Shown here: in pieces, positions 61,891 through 64,000 of the stretch
Numbering within the stretch: position 1 is the first letter of the stretch
How the letters are laid out: every line of letters starts with the position of its first letter
Source of the DNA: Reyranella massiliensis 521
GTDB taxonomy: Bacteria; Pseudomonadota; Alphaproteobacteria; Reyranellales; Reyranellaceae
Direction of reading: 5' to 3'
Assembly: GCA_945860205.1 (NCBI GenBank)
Contig: CAMARK010000002.1
Location: 19,496-83,495 of the forward strand
Length of the DNA stretch: 64,000 nt
The notes under the pieces: model-generated
The model's input: the letters and a program-made list of their open reading frames with translations, nothing else
The model's database searches: none
What the model was told of the DNA's origin: nothing
Translations under genes and position numbers: made by a program

Positions 61891-62049
61891 TTAGTTCCTG
61901 ACGTCGAGCAGCCCACGACACACGACCTGCGCCTGGATCTCGGCGGCACCCTCGAAGATGTTGAGGATGCGGGCGTCGCACAGCACGCGGCTGATGGGAT
62001 ATTCCATCGCATAGCCGTTGCCGCCGTGGATTTGCAGCGCGTTGCCAGC
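61891..62049 (-). pseudogene. C-terminal remnant (~52 aa) of an acyl-CoA dehydrogenase
   Basis: Not in the ORF track. Reads AGNALQIHGGNGYAMEYPISRVLCDARILNIFEGAAEIQAQVVCRGLLDVRN*; upstream sequence belongs to the cyclase gene. Confidence 0.88.
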
Positions 62050-62075
62050 GCATGCGCCAGCGGCAGCAAGCCTGC

Positions 62076-63290
62076 TCAGCGCCGGCCAATCAGCAGGAAT
62101 GTTTCCATCGGGTCCTTGCCCTTGATCTCGACGACGCCGCGCGGTTCGAGACGAAAGTGCTCCTCGAGGTGACGGTGGGTGTCGGCAGAAACGTGAATTC
62201 GGCCCCGCATGCCATGCGATTCCATGCGGCTGGCAATGTTTACCGTATCGCCCCAGATGTCGTAGACGAATTTGTGGGTTCCGATGACGCCCGCCACGAC
62301 GTCGCCGGTATGGATGCCGATGCGCATCTGCAGGGGGACGGGCAGGTCGCGGTTGGAGCGTTCCACGGCAGCAAGCATCGCCAGCGCCATTTCGGCGACC
62401 GCGCGGGCGTGGTCGGGTCGCGGATCGGGCAGCCCTCCCGCCAGCATGTAGTTGTCGCCGACCGTCTTGATCTTCTCGACTCCATGCTCGATCGCCAGCC
62501 GGTCGAACTCGGAGAACAGCCCGTTCAGCATGCGCACGAGGTTGGCGGCCGTCATCTTCGACGCGATCTGCGTGAAGCCGACGATGTCGGCGAACAGGAT
62601 CGTGACGTCGCGCAGCTGGTCGGCGATCACCGCCTCGCCGCCATTGAGGCGCGTCACGATAGCCTGCGGCAGGATGTTGAGGAGGAGTTGCTCCGATCGT
62701 TCTTTCTCCATCCGCAAGGCCTCGACCATCTCGCGCTCGCGATCGCGCAGGTGCTTCTTGTCGAGTGACGAGCCGACGCGGGCACGAAGCAGCGTAGGGT
62801 CGAACGGTTTGGCGAGATAATCGTCGGCGCCCGCCTCGATGCAGCGCACGATCGAATCGAGCTCGCTCAGCGCCGAGATCATGATGACCGGGAGGTCGCG
62901 ATGGCGCGGATCGGCCTTGAGCCGCGTGAGGACTTCATAGCCACTGACTCCCGGCATCATGAGGTCGAGCAGCACGAGGTCGAGCGCTTCATCCTCGACC
63001 ATGGCAAGTGCCCGGGTGCCATCCTCGGCCTGCAGTACGGTATGTCCCTGGCGTTCCAGGCGGCGCGCGAGCAGATCCCGGTTCGAGGCGTTGTCGTCCA
63101 CCACCAGGATGCGGCTGGGAACTGCCGCCGCGAGGTCGGCTTCGTCCGATCTCACTGCGCGCACGGACTGGAGCAAGCTCTCGACCATGCCGGCCGGCGC
63201 GGCACTTTCGTTGCCGGACACGCCTTCCGACGGCAGCGATTGGCCGTCGGAGTAAGTTACCAGGCCGTCGATGCGGTCGAGCAGCAGGGT
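62076..63290 (-). CDS. Response-regulator (REC) + class III adenylate cyclase, probably 5'-truncated
   Basis: REC (ILVVDD, LVLLDLMMP, YLAKPF); cyclase (VTILFADIVGFT, EKIKTVGDNYM, YDIWGDTVNIASRMES). The frame stays protein-like upstream of GTG 63221 (TLLLDRIDGLVTYSDG) up to a junction near 63290. Confidence 0.85.
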   Translation of the reverse strand, partial: TLLLDRIDGLVTYSDGQSLPSEGVSGNESAAPAGMVESLLQSVRAVRSDEADLAAAVPSRILVVDDNASNRDLLARRLERQGHTVLQAEDGTRALAMVEDEALDLVLLDLMMPGVSGYEVLTRLKADPRHRDLPVIMISALSELDSIVRCIEAGADDYLAKPFDPTLLRARVGSSLDKKHLRDREREMVEALRMEKERSEQLLLNILPQAIVTRLNGGEAVIADQLRDVTILFADIVGFTQIASKMTAANLVRMLNGLFSEFDRLAIEHGVEKIKTVGDNYMLAGGLPDPRPDHARAVAEMALAMLAAVERSNRDLPVPLQMRIGIHTGDVVAGVIGTHKFVYDIWGDTVNIASRMESHGMRGRIHVSADTHRHLEEHFRLEPRGVVEIKGKDPMETFLLIGRR

Positions 63291-64000
63291 CGCCGATGGA
63301 CACCTGCTACGCCTACGGCCAGAACCCGAGCCTCCTGCGCGAGCGCTATCTCGAGGCGCATGATCTGGTGAAGAAGGCCTGGACCGAAAAGGAAACCTTC
63401 GCCTTCAACGGCCGCTTCAACCAGCAACGCTACGTCAACATCTGGCCGCGCCCGATCCAGGACGATCCGCACCCGCCGATCTGGATTCCCGGCGGCGGCT
63501 CGGTCGAGACGTGGCAGTGGTGCGCGGAGATGGACTACGTCTACTGCTACCTCTCGTACTACGGCTACAAGGCCGGCCTCGCCACGATGCAGGGCTTCTG
63601 GAACGAGATGGAGAAGCTCGGCAAGGACCGCAATCCTTACCGCGCCGGCTTCCTGCAGTTTGTGGGCGTCGCCGAGAGCCGCCAGCAGGCGCTCGACCTC
63701 TACACCGAGCCGGCCGAGTATTTTTATGGCCGCTGCCTGCACATCGATCCGCGCTTCGCGACGCCGCCGGGCTACGTGACGGAGGCGACGCAGCGCTCGG
63801 GCATCCAGGGCATGATGCAGAAGGCGGCCAACGTCGCCAATCCGGCGACCAAGGCGGCATTGAAGGCCACCAACATGAAGGACATCGTCGACGGCGGTTA
63901 CGTCCTCATCGGTTCTCCCGACGAGGTGGTGGAACAGATCCGCCATGTCGGCACGAGCCTGAACGTCGGCCATCTCATGCTGCTGCTGCAGTACGGCAAC
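63287..64000 (+). pseudogene. LLM-class (luciferase-like) flavin-dependent oxidoreductase, N-terminally truncated; runs off the window end
   Basis: Not in the ORF track. Reads GSPMDTCYAYGQNPSLLRERYLEAHDLVKKAW...YVNIWPRPIQDDPHPPIWIPGGGSVETW...GSPDEVVEQI; starts mid-domain with no RBS. Confidence 0.82.

Overview
A mostly housekeeping 64-kb segment from a high-GC alphaproteobacterium. Gene order and content suggest a Rhodospirillales/Reyranella-like organism, but that is inference. It opens with at least four tandem Tat-exported TakP/DctP-family TRAP substrate-binding genes. Next come the conserved rpoZ-spoT-pdxJ-acpS-lepB-rnc-era-recO-parC-uppP run and folK/NYN/UDG. These are followed by acyl-CoA and propionyl-CoA catabolism genes (acyl-CoA synthetase, ivd, pccAB, hbd, etfAB), mgtE/maeB, tRNA-Leu(GAG), lipB, class II RNR nrdJ, argH/lysA, pduO and a divergent tauD/arylsulfatase pair. 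I found no CRISPR array, IS element, integrase or prophage. The best leads are: (1) a near-consensus sigma70 promoter driving an apparently unannotated ~39-nt hairpin sRNA with an anti-Shine-Dalgarno loop (16774-16848); (2) a perfect alphaproteobacterial LexA box plus a probable leaderless promoter on nrdJ; (3) an orphan phosphonopyruvate-hydrolase-like gene inside a core operon; (4) a near-identical structured 60-nt leader shared by two diverged takP paralogs; (5) an NrdR-like palindrome in front of spoT; and (6) a scrambled last 2.1 kb with an acyl-CoA dehydrogenase stub, a 5'-truncated response-regulated adenylate cyclase, and a 5'-truncated luciferase-like monooxygenase fused head-to-head, which is either a real rearrangement or an assembly chimera. 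All family assignments come from motif recognition by eye; no database searches were run.
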